From: an uncultured Gammaproteobacteria bacterium | GTDB lineage: Bacteria > Patescibacteriota > Microgenomatia > Levybacterales > UBA12049 | NCBI GenBank assembly: GCA_964523705.1 | Contig: CAZFYA010000003.1 | Coordinates: 432-64,431 of the forward strand | Reading direction: 5' to 3' | DNA: 64,000 nucleotides | Shown: piece after piece, positions 9,045 to 18,688 of the stretch | Numbering within the stretch: the first letter of the stretch is position 1 | Layout of the letters: each line of letters begins with the position of its first letter | Position numbers and translations under genes: made by a program | Notes under the pieces: generated by a model | Databases searched by the model: none | The model's input: the letters and a program-made list of their open reading frames with translations, nothing else | What the model was told of the DNA's origin: nothing

Positions 9045-10007
9045 ATGAAACACTTTGATGTTATTGCGGTTGGTAACGCCACGGTTGATGTTTTTTTATC
9101 AATTGATGATGAAAATAAACATATTAGATTAGATGAGAAAACAAAAGAAATATGTTTAAAACATGGAGATAAAATCCCAATAGATAGGATTCAATTTTCT
9201 ATTGGTGGAAATGCAGCTAATGTTTCAATAGGACTTAGTAGGCTTAGTTTAAAAACAGCAATTGTTGCTGAAATTGGACAGGATGAATTCTCCGAAAAAA
9301 TAACAAATACCTTAGATAAAGAGGGGGTAGATAATAATTTAGTTATAAAATCAGCAGGTGAGACTTCTCCGTTTTCAGCAATTGTAAGCTATAAAAAGGA
9401 GAGAACTATTTTTTCTGAAAACAGTGAAATGGAACATGATTTTAGTTTTAAAGATTACGAAACAGATTGGATATATTTAACATCGCTTAGTAAAAAATGG
9501 AAAAGTACATACGAAAAGACTTTGGAGTTTGCAAAAAAAACAGGAGCAAAAATTGTTTTTAATCCGGGAGTTCCGCAAGTTGATGCAGGAGAAAATCATA
9601 TCTCTAAAATCTTAGAAAACACACAGATTTTAATAGTTAATAAAGAAGAAGCAGCAAGGATTTTAGACAAAAAAATACCAACAGAAAAAGAAGAAATAAT
9701 AACTCTTTTAAAAGAGCTTAAGGCACAAGGACCTAAAATATCTGTAATTACAGACGGCAACAATGGATCTTATTCTATTGATGAAAATGAACAATATTTT
9801 TACCAGCCCATAAAAGATGCTTTAGTAGTAGAAAAAACCGGAGCAGGTGATGCATTTTCTGCAGCATTTTTAGCAGCAATTATTAATAGTAAATCAGTTA
9901 AAGAGGCACTTTTTTGGGGAACGATAAATGCAGCATCTGTTGTTGGAAAAGTCGGTTCTCAAAATAAACTTTTAAATAAAGAAGAAATAGAAAAAGAATT
10001 AAAATGA
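9045..10007 (+). CDS. PfkB-family carbohydrate kinase (ribokinase-like)
   Basis: GAGDAF anion-hole motif (TGAGDAFSAAFLAAI) and N-terminal GG motif region. Confidence 0.8.
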   Translation: MKHFDVIAVGNATVDVFLSIDDENKHIRLDEKTKEICLKHGDKIPIDRIQFSIGGNAANVSIGLSRLSLKTAIVAEIGQDEFSEKITNTLDKEGVDNNLVIKSAGETSPFSAIVSYKKERTIFSENSEMEHDFSFKDYETDWIYLTSLSKKWKSTYEKTLEFAKKTGAKIVFNPGVPQVDAGENHISKILENTQILIVNKEEAARILDKKIPTEKEEIITLLKELKAQGPKISVITDGNNGSYSIDENEQYFYQPIKDALVVEKTGAGDAFSAAFLAAIINSKSVKEALFWGTINAASVVGKVGSQNKLLNKEEIEKELK

Positions 10008-10930
10008 TAAATACTTTAAGTTTAGGATACAAAGAACCATTATATATTTTACCCTTTGATCATAGGGCTTCTTTTGAAAAAGGGATGTTTAATACAGAAA
10101 ATGATTTAAGTGATTTACAGAAAAAAGAAATAGTTGATGAAAAAAAAATGATTTATGAAGCATTTAAAAAAGCAATTTTAGAAAAAGTCCCAAAAGAATA
10201 CGCAGCAATTTTAGTTGATGAACAATATGGGGATGAAATTTTACAAGATGCTATAAAAAATGGTTTTAATGTATGTTTGACAACTGAAAAAAGTGGACAG
10301 GAAGAATTTGATTTTGAATACAATGAAAATTTTAGAGAGCATATTGAAAAATATAACCCAAAGTTTGTAAAAGCACTGGTTAGATATAATCCTCAAGGAG
10401 AAAGAGAAGTTAATAGTATTCAGGAAGAAAAATTAAAAACATTAAATGATTATTGCAGGGACAAGGGTTTTTGGTTTTTACTTGAAATTTTAATTCCACC
10501 AACAAAGGAACAACTAGAAAAAGTTAGCGGAAATCTTTTGGTATATGAAGAAACAATAAAACCGGATTTAACAATAGCAGCAATTGCCATGCTTAGAAAT
10601 GCAGGGATTAAGCCGGATGTTTTTAAACTTGAGGGTATGAATACAAGGAAAGATTATGAAAAAGTTGTTTTAGAAATAAAAAAAGATGGAGGAGAAAATG
10701 TTGGGATGGTAGTTTTAGGAAGAGGAGAAAGACAGGAGATGGTTGAAAAATGGATTATCGAAGCAGCAGGCGTTAGGGGAATTACTGGTTTTGCAATTGG
10801 CAGAACCATTTTTTGGCAAGCATTAGTTGATTTAAGAGAAGAAAGATTAACAAGAGAAGAGGTAGTGGATATAATTAGTAAAAATTACCAATATTTTTAT
10901 CAATTATTTATTGATAATAAAAACTTATGA
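10004..10930 (+). CDS. Conserved hypothetical protein, possibly a TIM-barrel aldolase-like (DUF2090-type) protein
   Basis: 308 aa. Start overlaps the kinase stop (ATGA). The PFDHRASF N-terminal motif is recalled from aldolase-like proteins that accompany PfkB kinases. Family assignment is uncertain. Confidence 0.35.
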   Translation: MINTLSLGYKEPLYILPFDHRASFEKGMFNTENDLSDLQKKEIVDEKKMIYEAFKKAILEKVPKEYAAILVDEQYGDEILQDAIKNGFNVCLTTEKSGQEEFDFEYNENFREHIEKYNPKFVKALVRYNPQGEREVNSIQEEKLKTLNDYCRDKGFWFLLEILIPPTKEQLEKVSGNLLVYEETIKPDLTIAAIAMLRNAGIKPDVFKLEGMNTRKDYEKVVLEIKKDGGENVGMVVLGRGERQEMVEKWIIEAAGVRGITGFAIGRTIFWQALVDLREERLTREEVVDIISKNYQYFYQLFIDNKNL

Positions 10931-11376
10931 AAATATATTTAGCAACAGATCATGCCGGTTTTGAATTAAAAGAGCACATTAAAAAATACTTATTAACTAA
11001 AAACTATCAAGTAGAAGACTTTGGTGCTTTTGAATTTAAAGCAGATGATGATTATCCTGATTTTATTGAAAAAGCAGCCAGAAAAGTAGCAGATGATAAA
11101 AATTCGCTTGGAATTATTTTTGGAAAATCAGGAGCAGGTGAGGCAATTGCGGCAAATAAAGTAAAAGGAATAAGAGCAGTTGTTGGTTTTAATAAGGAAA
11201 ATGTTGAGCTGGCAAAAAAACACAATAATGCCAATGTTTTATCTTTAGGTTCACAGTTTATGGATGTGAATTTAGCAGAAGACTTAGTAAGTTTGTTTCT
11301 AAACACTTCTTTTACAAATGAGAATCGGCACGTAAGAAGACTTGAAAAAATTAAAGCAATTGAGGATAAAAATTAA
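10927..11376 (+). CDS. rpiB: Ribose-5-phosphate isomerase B (RpiB/LacAB family)
   Basis: MKIYLATDHAGFELKEHIKKYL... is typical RpiB. Confidence 0.85.
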   Translation: MKIYLATDHAGFELKEHIKKYLLTKNYQVEDFGAFEFKADDDYPDFIEKAARKVADDKNSLGIIFGKSGAGEAIAANKVKGIRAVVGFNKENVELAKKHNNANVLSLGSQFMDVNLAEDLVSLFLNTSFTNENRHVRRLEKIKAIEDKN

Positions 11377-11379
11377 TTT

Positions 11380-12009
11380 ATGTTTGAAATTATCCCCGGA
11401 ATTTTAGAAAAAGATTGGGAATCAATTGAGGCAAAAATTAAACTTATTAAGCCTTTTTCAAAGACTGTTCAAGTTGATATTATTGACGGCAAATTTGCTC
11501 CAAATATTACCTTTTTAGATCCCAGTCCATTTAAAAAATACACAAATGATTTGTTTTTTGAAGTACAACTAATGACTAATGAACCAATTAAATACGTAGA
11601 AAGCTTTGCTAAAGCAGGTTTTAAAAGATTTATTGGTCAAATAGAGAAGATGTCATCTCAAAAAGAATTCATTGAATATGCTAAAAAATTTGGTGAAGTA
11701 GGCTTAGCAATTGATGCTGAAACTTTAATTGATGAAATCAATGTTGATTTAAATTCAGTGGATTGTATTACTTTAATGAGCGTTAAAGCAGGGTTTTCAG
11801 GACAGGCCTTTTTACCTCAAGTTTTAGATAAAATAAAAACAGTAAAACAACAAACAATAAAGCCAATTGAAATAGACGGTGGAGTAAATGAGAAAACCAT
11901 AAAACAACTTAAAGACTTAGGTGTTGAAAGATATATTGTAAACAGTGCCTTGTTTAATGCCAATGATATAGAAAATCAATATCAAAAACTACTAAAGCTT
12001 GTTTCTTAA
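11380..12009 (+). CDS. Ribulose-phosphate 3-epimerase-like protein
   Basis: IIDGKFAPNITF (compare DVMDGxFVPNxTFG) and C-terminal DGGVN...VNSALF. Confidence 0.6.
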   Translation: MFEIIPGILEKDWESIEAKIKLIKPFSKTVQVDIIDGKFAPNITFLDPSPFKKYTNDLFFEVQLMTNEPIKYVESFAKAGFKRFIGQIEKMSSQKEFIEYAKKFGEVGLAIDAETLIDEINVDLNSVDCITLMSVKAGFSGQAFLPQVLDKIKTVKQQTIKPIEIDGGVNEKTIKQLKDLGVERYIVNSALFNANDIENQYQKLLKLVS

Positions 12010-14273
12010 TTTATTGCAACAGGAGAAGCACTTGGAGTTGCGGTTAAATTACACTTTGCTAAATTTTCCGTTCCTTTTATAAAATACTCAACCTTTCCGT
12101 TACAAAGTTTGGTAATAATATTATTTGGCACACTTTGTTTTTCTGTTTCTTTATTTTGAATAAGGTTAGTCATTATTTTGTTCCAAATAGGAGCAGCGCC
12201 TGTAATACCGGAGGCAATGCCACTCATTGGTGTATTATCGTTATTACCAACCCAAACAGAAACCAAAATAGAGGGCGTATAGCCAATTGTCCAATTATCC
12301 CTTATGTTATTTGATGTTCCGGTTTTAACAGAAACTGTTTTTCCAGGGATATTAAGCGGTGAATTTGCTCCAAATTCAATTAACCTTGCCTTATTATCAG
12401 CTAGGATATCTGAAATTATAAAGGCAACTGCGCTGTCTAAAACCCTGGTTTTATTATTCCCTCCTTTTTCAAGAAGAAGGTTTCCTTTTGAGTCGGTAAT
12501 TTTTAAAATCGGATCAAGGTTTACTCTTTCCCCGCTGTTTGCTAAAGTGCCATAAGCTGTTGCAAGATCAGTCATTTTAACTTCAGCTGCCCCAAGCGTT
12601 ACAGCCAGTCCATAATCATCTGCTTCTTTCCAGGTGGTAATACCCATTTTTTTTGCCAAATCTACCATCGTCTCAATACCAATTTTATTTAATACTTTTA
12701 CAGCGGCAACATTTATAGAATTTCCAAGTGCATTTCTTAAGCTTATTTGTCCATGAAACTTTCCATCATAGTTAACCGGTGCATAGTCTTTGGCTCCGGG
12801 ATTTTTAAAAACAATTGGAGAATCATTTATAAGCGAAGCTGCTGTAAAACCGTTTGATAAAGCAGCACTGTAAGTAATTGCTTTAATGGTTGAGCCCGGT
12901 TGTCTTTGCGCTGTCGTAACATTAAAGTTGCCGCCCAATGGGTCGTTATAATCCTTACTGCCAACCATGGCTAAGATATCGCCGTTTTTAGGATTAGTGA
13001 CAAGCGCTGCACCATTGGTTAAATTATAGAAATAGTTATTGTTTACTTCTTCTCGAACAATCTCTTCAGCCATTTCTTGCGTTTCAAGATCAAGGCTGGT
13101 AAAGACATTTAGCCCACCCTTCTCAACAATAGGAAGTCCGTACTTTTTAATTAAAAAATCTTTAACATACATTACAAAATGAGGGGCTTTAATTGGTGTT
13201 TGATTAGGTAAAAAGACAAGTTCTTCTTTTTCTGCCTCGTCTTTTTCTTCTTTAGTAATCATTTTTAACTCTTGCATTCTGTTTAATACGTCAAGCTGTC
13301 TTTTTTTCCAAAGATTAGGATTATCTGCGTATGGAGAATAAACACTTGGTGCCTTTGGCATTCCTGCCAAAAAAGCTGATTCAGCAAGGGTTAAATTTTC
13401 TACTGATTTACCAAAATAGGTTTGCGAAGCTGCTTCAACTCCCCAAGCAGTACCACCATAAGGAACCTGATTAAAATACATCTGCAAAATCTGATCTTTG
13501 GTATATATCTGCTCAGACCAGAAAGCTAAAATTACTTCTTTTACCTTTCTTGTTAAAGTAACCTCAGAGGTTAAAAGCCCGGATTTAATTAACTGTTGAG
13601 TAATTGTTGATCCTCCTTGAAGCGATTCTCCTGAAAGATCGGCAATTGCCGCTCTTATGATAGCGGCAATATCAAAGCCCGGGTTTTTATAAAAATCTTT
13701 ATCTTCAATTGCAATAGTTGCATTTATTAAATCTTTTGGAATACTTGTAATTGGAACAATTGTTCGATTCTGATTAGCATAAATTTGGTATAAAAGCTTA
13801 CCGTTTCGATCGTAAATTTTTGTTGTTTGGGCAATTTCAGCTCCGTCCAAAAGCCTTGGGCTAGGAAGATTTTGTAAAAAAATTAAAAACAAAAGCGGGA
13901 TAAAAATTAAAATAAGTGAGGCAAAAACCCCAATTAAAAAATATTTAAATTTTGTAAAAAAGGGCAGTGGAAAAAGCTTGGCTTTTCTTTTTCTTTTAAA
14001 GAGATTAAGTCTAAATTTAGGAAGCTTTAAGTTTTTAAAAGGCTTAATCTTAAGTAGGGAAACCTTAATGGACATTTTTATTAAGTAAAAATATCTCTGT
14101 AATTTTTTTAATAAAACCTTTAGGTATTTACCAATAAATTTAATGAGTTTTAAGATTTTTTTAAAAAGAAATTCGGCAATGGATACTGGAATATCCAATA
14201 AAAAAAGCGTAAAATCCCCAATTTCAATTAAAACCTTAATAATTATAAAAATAATATAAACAAATACTTTCAT
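12006..14273 (-). CDS. Class A penicillin-binding protein (bifunctional transglycosylase/transpeptidase, PBP1A family)
   Basis: GT51 motifs (IAIEDKDFYKNPGFD, GGSTITQQL) and transpeptidase motifs (STIK, SxN, KTGT). It has an unusually long K-rich N-terminal extension before the TM anchor. The real start may be an internal Met. Confidence 0.85.
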   Translation of the reverse strand: MKVFVYIIFIIIKVLIEIGDFTLFLLDIPVSIAEFLFKKILKLIKFIGKYLKVLLKKLQRYFYLIKMSIKVSLLKIKPFKNLKLPKFRLNLFKRKRKAKLFPLPFFTKFKYFLIGVFASLILIFIPLLFLIFLQNLPSPRLLDGAEIAQTTKIYDRNGKLLYQIYANQNRTIVPITSIPKDLINATIAIEDKDFYKNPGFDIAAIIRAAIADLSGESLQGGSTITQQLIKSGLLTSEVTLTRKVKEVILAFWSEQIYTKDQILQMYFNQVPYGGTAWGVEAASQTYFGKSVENLTLAESAFLAGMPKAPSVYSPYADNPNLWKKRQLDVLNRMQELKMITKEEKDEAEKEELVFLPNQTPIKAPHFVMYVKDFLIKKYGLPIVEKGGLNVFTSLDLETQEMAEEIVREEVNNNYFYNLTNGAALVTNPKNGDILAMVGSKDYNDPLGGNFNVTTAQRQPGSTIKAITYSAALSNGFTAASLINDSPIVFKNPGAKDYAPVNYDGKFHGQISLRNALGNSINVAAVKVLNKIGIETMVDLAKKMGITTWKEADDYGLAVTLGAAEVKMTDLATAYGTLANSGERVNLDPILKITDSKGNLLLEKGGNNKTRVLDSAVAFIISDILADNKARLIEFGANSPLNIPGKTVSVKTGTSNNIRDNWTIGYTPSILVSVWVGNNDNTPMSGIASGITGAAPIWNKIMTNLIQNKETEKQSVPNNIITKLCNGKVEYFIKGTENLAKCNLTATPSASPVAIN

Positions 14274-14375
14274 ATCCTTTTAAAGGGGCAGTTATTAATA
14301 AAATAAATAAGTTCTAAGGGTAATGTTTAAGCTTGCTTTATTATACTATAGGTATTTCTTTTTTTAAAGAGCTTT

Positions 14376-16580
14376 TTAGGGTGTTGGACTAGGAGTGGGT
14401 GATGGATGAGGACAAGTTAAGCAATATTTATCTCCTGTTAAGTCAATTAAGACTTGGTGTTCTTTTGCTTCAAGATTATCGGTTTTTCCAGGCGGAGGAA
14501 GATCCTGTGTGTCTTTATCAACCCAGACCTCCTGCGTTTTAATAGTGGCATATTTTCCCTCAGTTCCTTTTATAAAATACTCAAAGCGCGTTACACAACC
14601 TTGGGGATTACTATCAGATGAGGCAAGTGCTCCTGACATTGAGCAAACGGATTTTTGAATAACATTTGATGGTCTTTGAATGGACTGGGGATCTTTTCCC
14701 AAAAGTAAGGTAGACATAATTCCGTTCCAAATGGGCGCAGCTCCTGTAACACCTGAAGCAAGCCCGCTCATTGGCGTATTATCATTGTTTCCAACCCAAG
14801 TTGTTACAACAAAAGAGGGAGTATAGCCAATTGTCCAGTTGTCCCTATAATCATTTGTGGTTCCTGTTTTAACAGATACAATTTGACCCGGAATTCTAAG
14901 TTCAGAATTTGGCCCAAAAGCAATCAGCCTTGCGTTATTATCAGCTAGGATGTCTGAAATTATAAAAGCAATCCCCTCGGGTAGTACTTTTTTTCCAAAA
15001 ATAGGGCTTTTTGGGGGTTGATATTCTTCAAGCACTTTTCCGTTTTTATCAACAACTTTTAAAATAGGGTGTAATCCTACTTTATAACCTGCATTTGCAA
15101 AAACACCAAATGCCTGTGTCATATCATACATAGTTACTTCTCCTCCACCTAGGGTTAAGGATAAACCGTAGTTATCAGGATTTTTAAAAGTAGTTATTCC
15201 CATTGCTGAAGCAGTAGAGATCATTGTTTTAAGTCCATTTGCCTTAAGCATCTTAACAGCTGGTATATTAAGCGATGAACCAAGGGCAATTCTCATTGAA
15301 ACAATACCATGAAATTTCCCATCATAGTTTACAGGGCAATAGTTTTTTCCTCCTTGATTTGGAAAACAGGTTTTTTGGTCAATAAAAGGAGTTGCTGCAG
15401 TATAACCATTTCCTAGTCCTGCAGCGTAATTTATTGGCTTTATTGAAGAACCTGGTTGTCTAAAAGCAAGGGAGACATTAACGTTTCCGTCAATTTCTGC
15501 ATCAAAATAGTCTTTGCTGCCAACCATTGCTAAAATTTCACCGGTTGCCGGGTTTGATACCATTGCAGCTCCATTTGAGACTCGATAGTTTTTTATTTTT
15601 TCAACTTCAGCTGCAACAGTTGCCTGGGCCATCTCCTGAATGTCTAAATCAAGACTGGTTGTAATTTTTAATCCTCCTTCTTCAACCACTCGCTCACCAT
15701 ATTTTTTAATTAAAAGATCTTTAACAAAAAGAGAAAAATGAGGCGCCTTAATAGAAGTAGAGAAGCGTTTATAATTAAGTGTTTCATTTTCTGCCTTCTC
15801 CTTTTGTTCTTTAGTGATATAGCCTTCTTCAAGCATTGCGTTTAGAACTTGTTTTTGTCTGCTAATTGCCAGCTCCGGATGAGAGCCAAAAGGAGAAAAA
15901 GTAGTTGGCGCTTCAGGAAGTCCTGCAAGCAGTGCCCCCTCAGCAATAGTTAAGTCTTTTGCTTTTTTACCAAAATAGGTTTGTGAGGCTGCTTCAATTC
16001 CATAGGCAGTCCCGCCATATGGTACCTGATTTAAATACATCTCCAAAATTTTATTTTTTGAATATAAAAATTCAGTTGCAAAAGCTAAAATTATTTCCTT
16101 TATTTTTCTTACTACTGTTCGCTCAGGTGTTAAAAGACTTGTTTTAACTAATTGCTGGGTTAAGGTTGATCCTCCTTGAAGTTCTTTATGAAAAACAATT
16201 GAATAAGCAGCTCTGGTCATTCCTCTTATATCAATTGCGCCATGACTATAAAAATTTCTATCCTCAATTGCAATTGTTGCCTGTTGTACGTGCTTTGGGA
16301 TTTGCGATAAGGAGATAAAGGTTTGGTCTTTTGATTGATAAATATTATATAAAAGCTTACCGTTTCGATCGAAAATTTGTGATGATTGAGGATTTGATGA
16401 GCTGGCTAATTTTGTTGGAAGAGGGAGGTCTTTTAAAATAAAAAAGTAAAAAGGGATTATAAAGATAATTAAAACCGCAACAGCCATTAAGATTATTTTC
16501 GTTATTTTTTTTGTTTTTTTAAACTTTTTCTTAATTACTTGCATAAGCCATATAATATCATTATCTTTATTTCGTGGCAA
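14376..16580 (-). CDS. Class A penicillin-binding protein (PBP1A family), tandem paralogue
   Basis: IAIEDRNFYSHGAIDIRG, GGSTLTQQL, SSIK, KTGTTND, and a C-terminal Cys/Pro-rich tail. Confidence 0.85.
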   Translation of the reverse strand: MPRNKDNDIIWLMQVIKKKFKKTKKITKIILMAVAVLIIFIIPFYFFILKDLPLPTKLASSSNPQSSQIFDRNGKLLYNIYQSKDQTFISLSQIPKHVQQATIAIEDRNFYSHGAIDIRGMTRAAYSIVFHKELQGGSTLTQQLVKTSLLTPERTVVRKIKEIILAFATEFLYSKNKILEMYLNQVPYGGTAYGIEAASQTYFGKKAKDLTIAEGALLAGLPEAPTTFSPFGSHPELAISRQKQVLNAMLEEGYITKEQKEKAENETLNYKRFSTSIKAPHFSLFVKDLLIKKYGERVVEEGGLKITTSLDLDIQEMAQATVAAEVEKIKNYRVSNGAAMVSNPATGEILAMVGSKDYFDAEIDGNVNVSLAFRQPGSSIKPINYAAGLGNGYTAATPFIDQKTCFPNQGGKNYCPVNYDGKFHGIVSMRIALGSSLNIPAVKMLKANGLKTMISTASAMGITTFKNPDNYGLSLTLGGGEVTMYDMTQAFGVFANAGYKVGLHPILKVVDKNGKVLEEYQPPKSPIFGKKVLPEGIAFIISDILADNNARLIAFGPNSELRIPGQIVSVKTGTTNDYRDNWTIGYTPSFVVTTWVGNNDNTPMSGLASGVTGAAPIWNGIMSTLLLGKDPQSIQRPSNVIQKSVCSMSGALASSDSNPQGCVTRFEYFIKGTEGKYATIKTQEVWVDKDTQDLPPPGKTDNLEAKEHQVLIDLTGDKYCLTCPHPSPTPSPTP

Positions 16581-16593
16581 TCGGTTATAAATA

Positions 16594-17625
16594 TTGTCTA
16601 TAATAGAATTAATGGATTTAAGCTCTTGTTTTTATTTAATTTCAAAATCAGGAATAAATTGGGTTGATGTTTTAATCCTATTTGTAATTATATTTTATGC
16701 AATTGAAGGATATGCAGCCTCATTCTGGGATGCTTTTTGTGATTTAGTAAGTTTTGTAATCGCCTTTTTTAGTGCGCTTCTTTTTTACTCAACCTTAGCA
16801 AAGTTAATTTTAAGTGTATTTAAAATTCCTCAAGGGTTTGCAAACGCAATTGGCTTTTTTCTAATTGCCTTTATTTTTGAAATAATTCTAATCTTTATTT
16901 TTCGATCAACAATTTGTAACTTTTTTAAAAAAGAAGATGAAGAAGGTTCTAATAAAGAATCATTATGGAAAATAGCAGGAATTATCCCTTCGGTAATATC
17001 AGGATTAATTTTAATTTCCTTTGTTTTAACAATAATTGTAAGTCTTCCGCTTTCTCTTTTTTTAAAACAAGCAGTGTCATCTTCATCCATTGGAAATCTT
17101 TTAGTTGCCAATACCCAAGGGTTATCAAAAGACATTAATCAAATTTTTGGGAAAGCAATAGATGATAGCTTAGCTTTTTTAACTATTGACCCTCAAAGTA
17201 AAAGAGTAGTAAGTTTAAATTTTAAAACTGATAAAATAGAAGCAGATCCTAACGCGGAGAATAAAATGCTTGATTTGATTAATTTTGAGAGAAAAAAGCT
17301 TAGCCTTTTAGAGCTTGAATTTTCTTACGATTTGCAAAAAACAGCCAGATTTCATTGCGAAGATATGTTAAAAAAGGGATACTTTTCTCACTACTCACTT
17401 GATGGTTATTCTCCTTTTGATAGAATGGCACAGTTTGATATTTATTATACTTATGCAGGAGAAAACTTAGCCTTTGCACCAAACACAGAGCTGGCAATGA
17501 AAGGATTAATGCAAAGCAAGGGGCATAGGGAAAATATTCTATCAAAGGATTTTAAAAAAGTTGGCATTGGAGTAATTGATGCTGGTATTTATGGGCAGAT
17601 GTATTGCCAGGAGTTTACTGATTAA
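16594..17625 (+). CDS. CvpA-family membrane domain fused to a C-terminal CAP/SCP (PR-1-like) domain
   Basis: N-terminal four-TM CvpA-like region, and a C-terminal GYFSHYSLDG...GENLAF...HRENIL region with CAP-domain signatures. Confidence 0.55.
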   Translation: MSIIELMDLSSCFYLISKSGINWVDVLILFVIIFYAIEGYAASFWDAFCDLVSFVIAFFSALLFYSTLAKLILSVFKIPQGFANAIGFFLIAFIFEIILIFIFRSTICNFFKKEDEEGSNKESLWKIAGIIPSVISGLILISFVLTIIVSLPLSLFLKQAVSSSSIGNLLVANTQGLSKDINQIFGKAIDDSLAFLTIDPQSKRVVSLNFKTDKIEADPNAENKMLDLINFERKKLSLLELEFSYDLQKTARFHCEDMLKKGYFSHYSLDGYSPFDRMAQFDIYYTYAGENLAFAPNTELAMKGLMQSKGHRENILSKDFKKVGIGVIDAGIYGQMYCQEFTD

Positions 17626-18651
17626 ATGAATAATTTTTTAACAATAGATAGTAATAAATGTAAAAACAAAGTTGTTTTTTTAAGACTGGATTTAGACGTT
17701 CCTCTTAAAAACAGAGAAATAGAAGATGATAATCGCTTAAAGACAAGCTTAAAAACAATTGAGTTTTTGCTTGATAATGCCAAAAAAATTATTATCTGTG
17801 GACATTTAGGAAGGCCAGTTGGTTTTGATGAAAACTTAAGTTTAAAACCAATTGCCAAATGGCTTAAAGACAAATTAAATATCCCATTTGATATACAAAA
17901 CGGAAAACTAGAAAGTTTTCCAGGTTTTAAATTAGGGGACAAGCTATTCTTGCTTGAAAATATCCGCTTTTTTAAAGAAGAAGAAAAAAATGACTTAGAG
18001 TTTGCTAGGAAATTAGCTAGTCTCTCCGACATTTATGTTAATAATGCCTTTGCTTCTTCTCATCGAAATCACGCTTCAATAGTAGGGATTACTAATTTTT
18101 TGCCCTCATTTGCCGGTTTTAGCTTAAAAGAAGAAATAGAAGCTTTAGAAAAAGTGCTTAAAGAACCTAAAAGACCTTTAATAATAGTAATCGGCGGAGC
18201 AAAAATTGAAACAAAACTCCCCTTAGTTAACAAAATGAAAAATTTTGCGGATTATACACTGGTTGGTGGAAAAATTGCTAAGGAATATCATAAAGATGAG
18301 CAAGACCAAAAAGTTATAGTAGCAAATTTAACTAGTGATGGAAGAGATATTTCAAAAGAAAGCCTTAATGATTTTATTAAGACCTTATCAACTGGTAAAA
18401 CAATAGTTTGGAACGGTCCGGTTGGAAAAGTAGAAGACAGTGATTGCGTTGACACAAGCCTTAAAATTGCAAAAGAAATAATTAATACAAATGCTTACAG
18501 TGTAATTGGCGGAGGAGATACAATAGATTTTGTTAAAAAAATGGGATTAATTAAAAAGTTTTCTTTTGTTTCAATGGGCGGGGGAGCAATGCTTTCTTTT
18601 TTAACAGGAGAAAGCTTGCCTGGAGTTGAGGCTTTAAAAAAACCCCATTGA
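17626..18651 (+). CDS. pgk: Phosphoglycerate kinase (short form)
   Basis: NNAFASSHRNHASIVGI and VIGGGDT... motifs. 341 aa, shorter than typical PGK. Confidence 0.85.
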   Translation: MNNFLTIDSNKCKNKVVFLRLDLDVPLKNREIEDDNRLKTSLKTIEFLLDNAKKIIICGHLGRPVGFDENLSLKPIAKWLKDKLNIPFDIQNGKLESFPGFKLGDKLFLLENIRFFKEEEKNDLEFARKLASLSDIYVNNAFASSHRNHASIVGITNFLPSFAGFSLKEEIEALEKVLKEPKRPLIIVIGGAKIETKLPLVNKMKNFADYTLVGGKIAKEYHKDEQDQKVIVANLTSDGRDISKESLNDFIKTLSTGKTIVWNGPVGKVEDSDCVDTSLKIAKEIINTNAYSVIGGGDTIDFVKKMGLIKKFSFVSMGGGAMLSFLTGESLPGVEALKKPH

Positions 18652-18688
18652 ACCTCAAGTTTTAAAAAGTTATACTACTTATATATTT

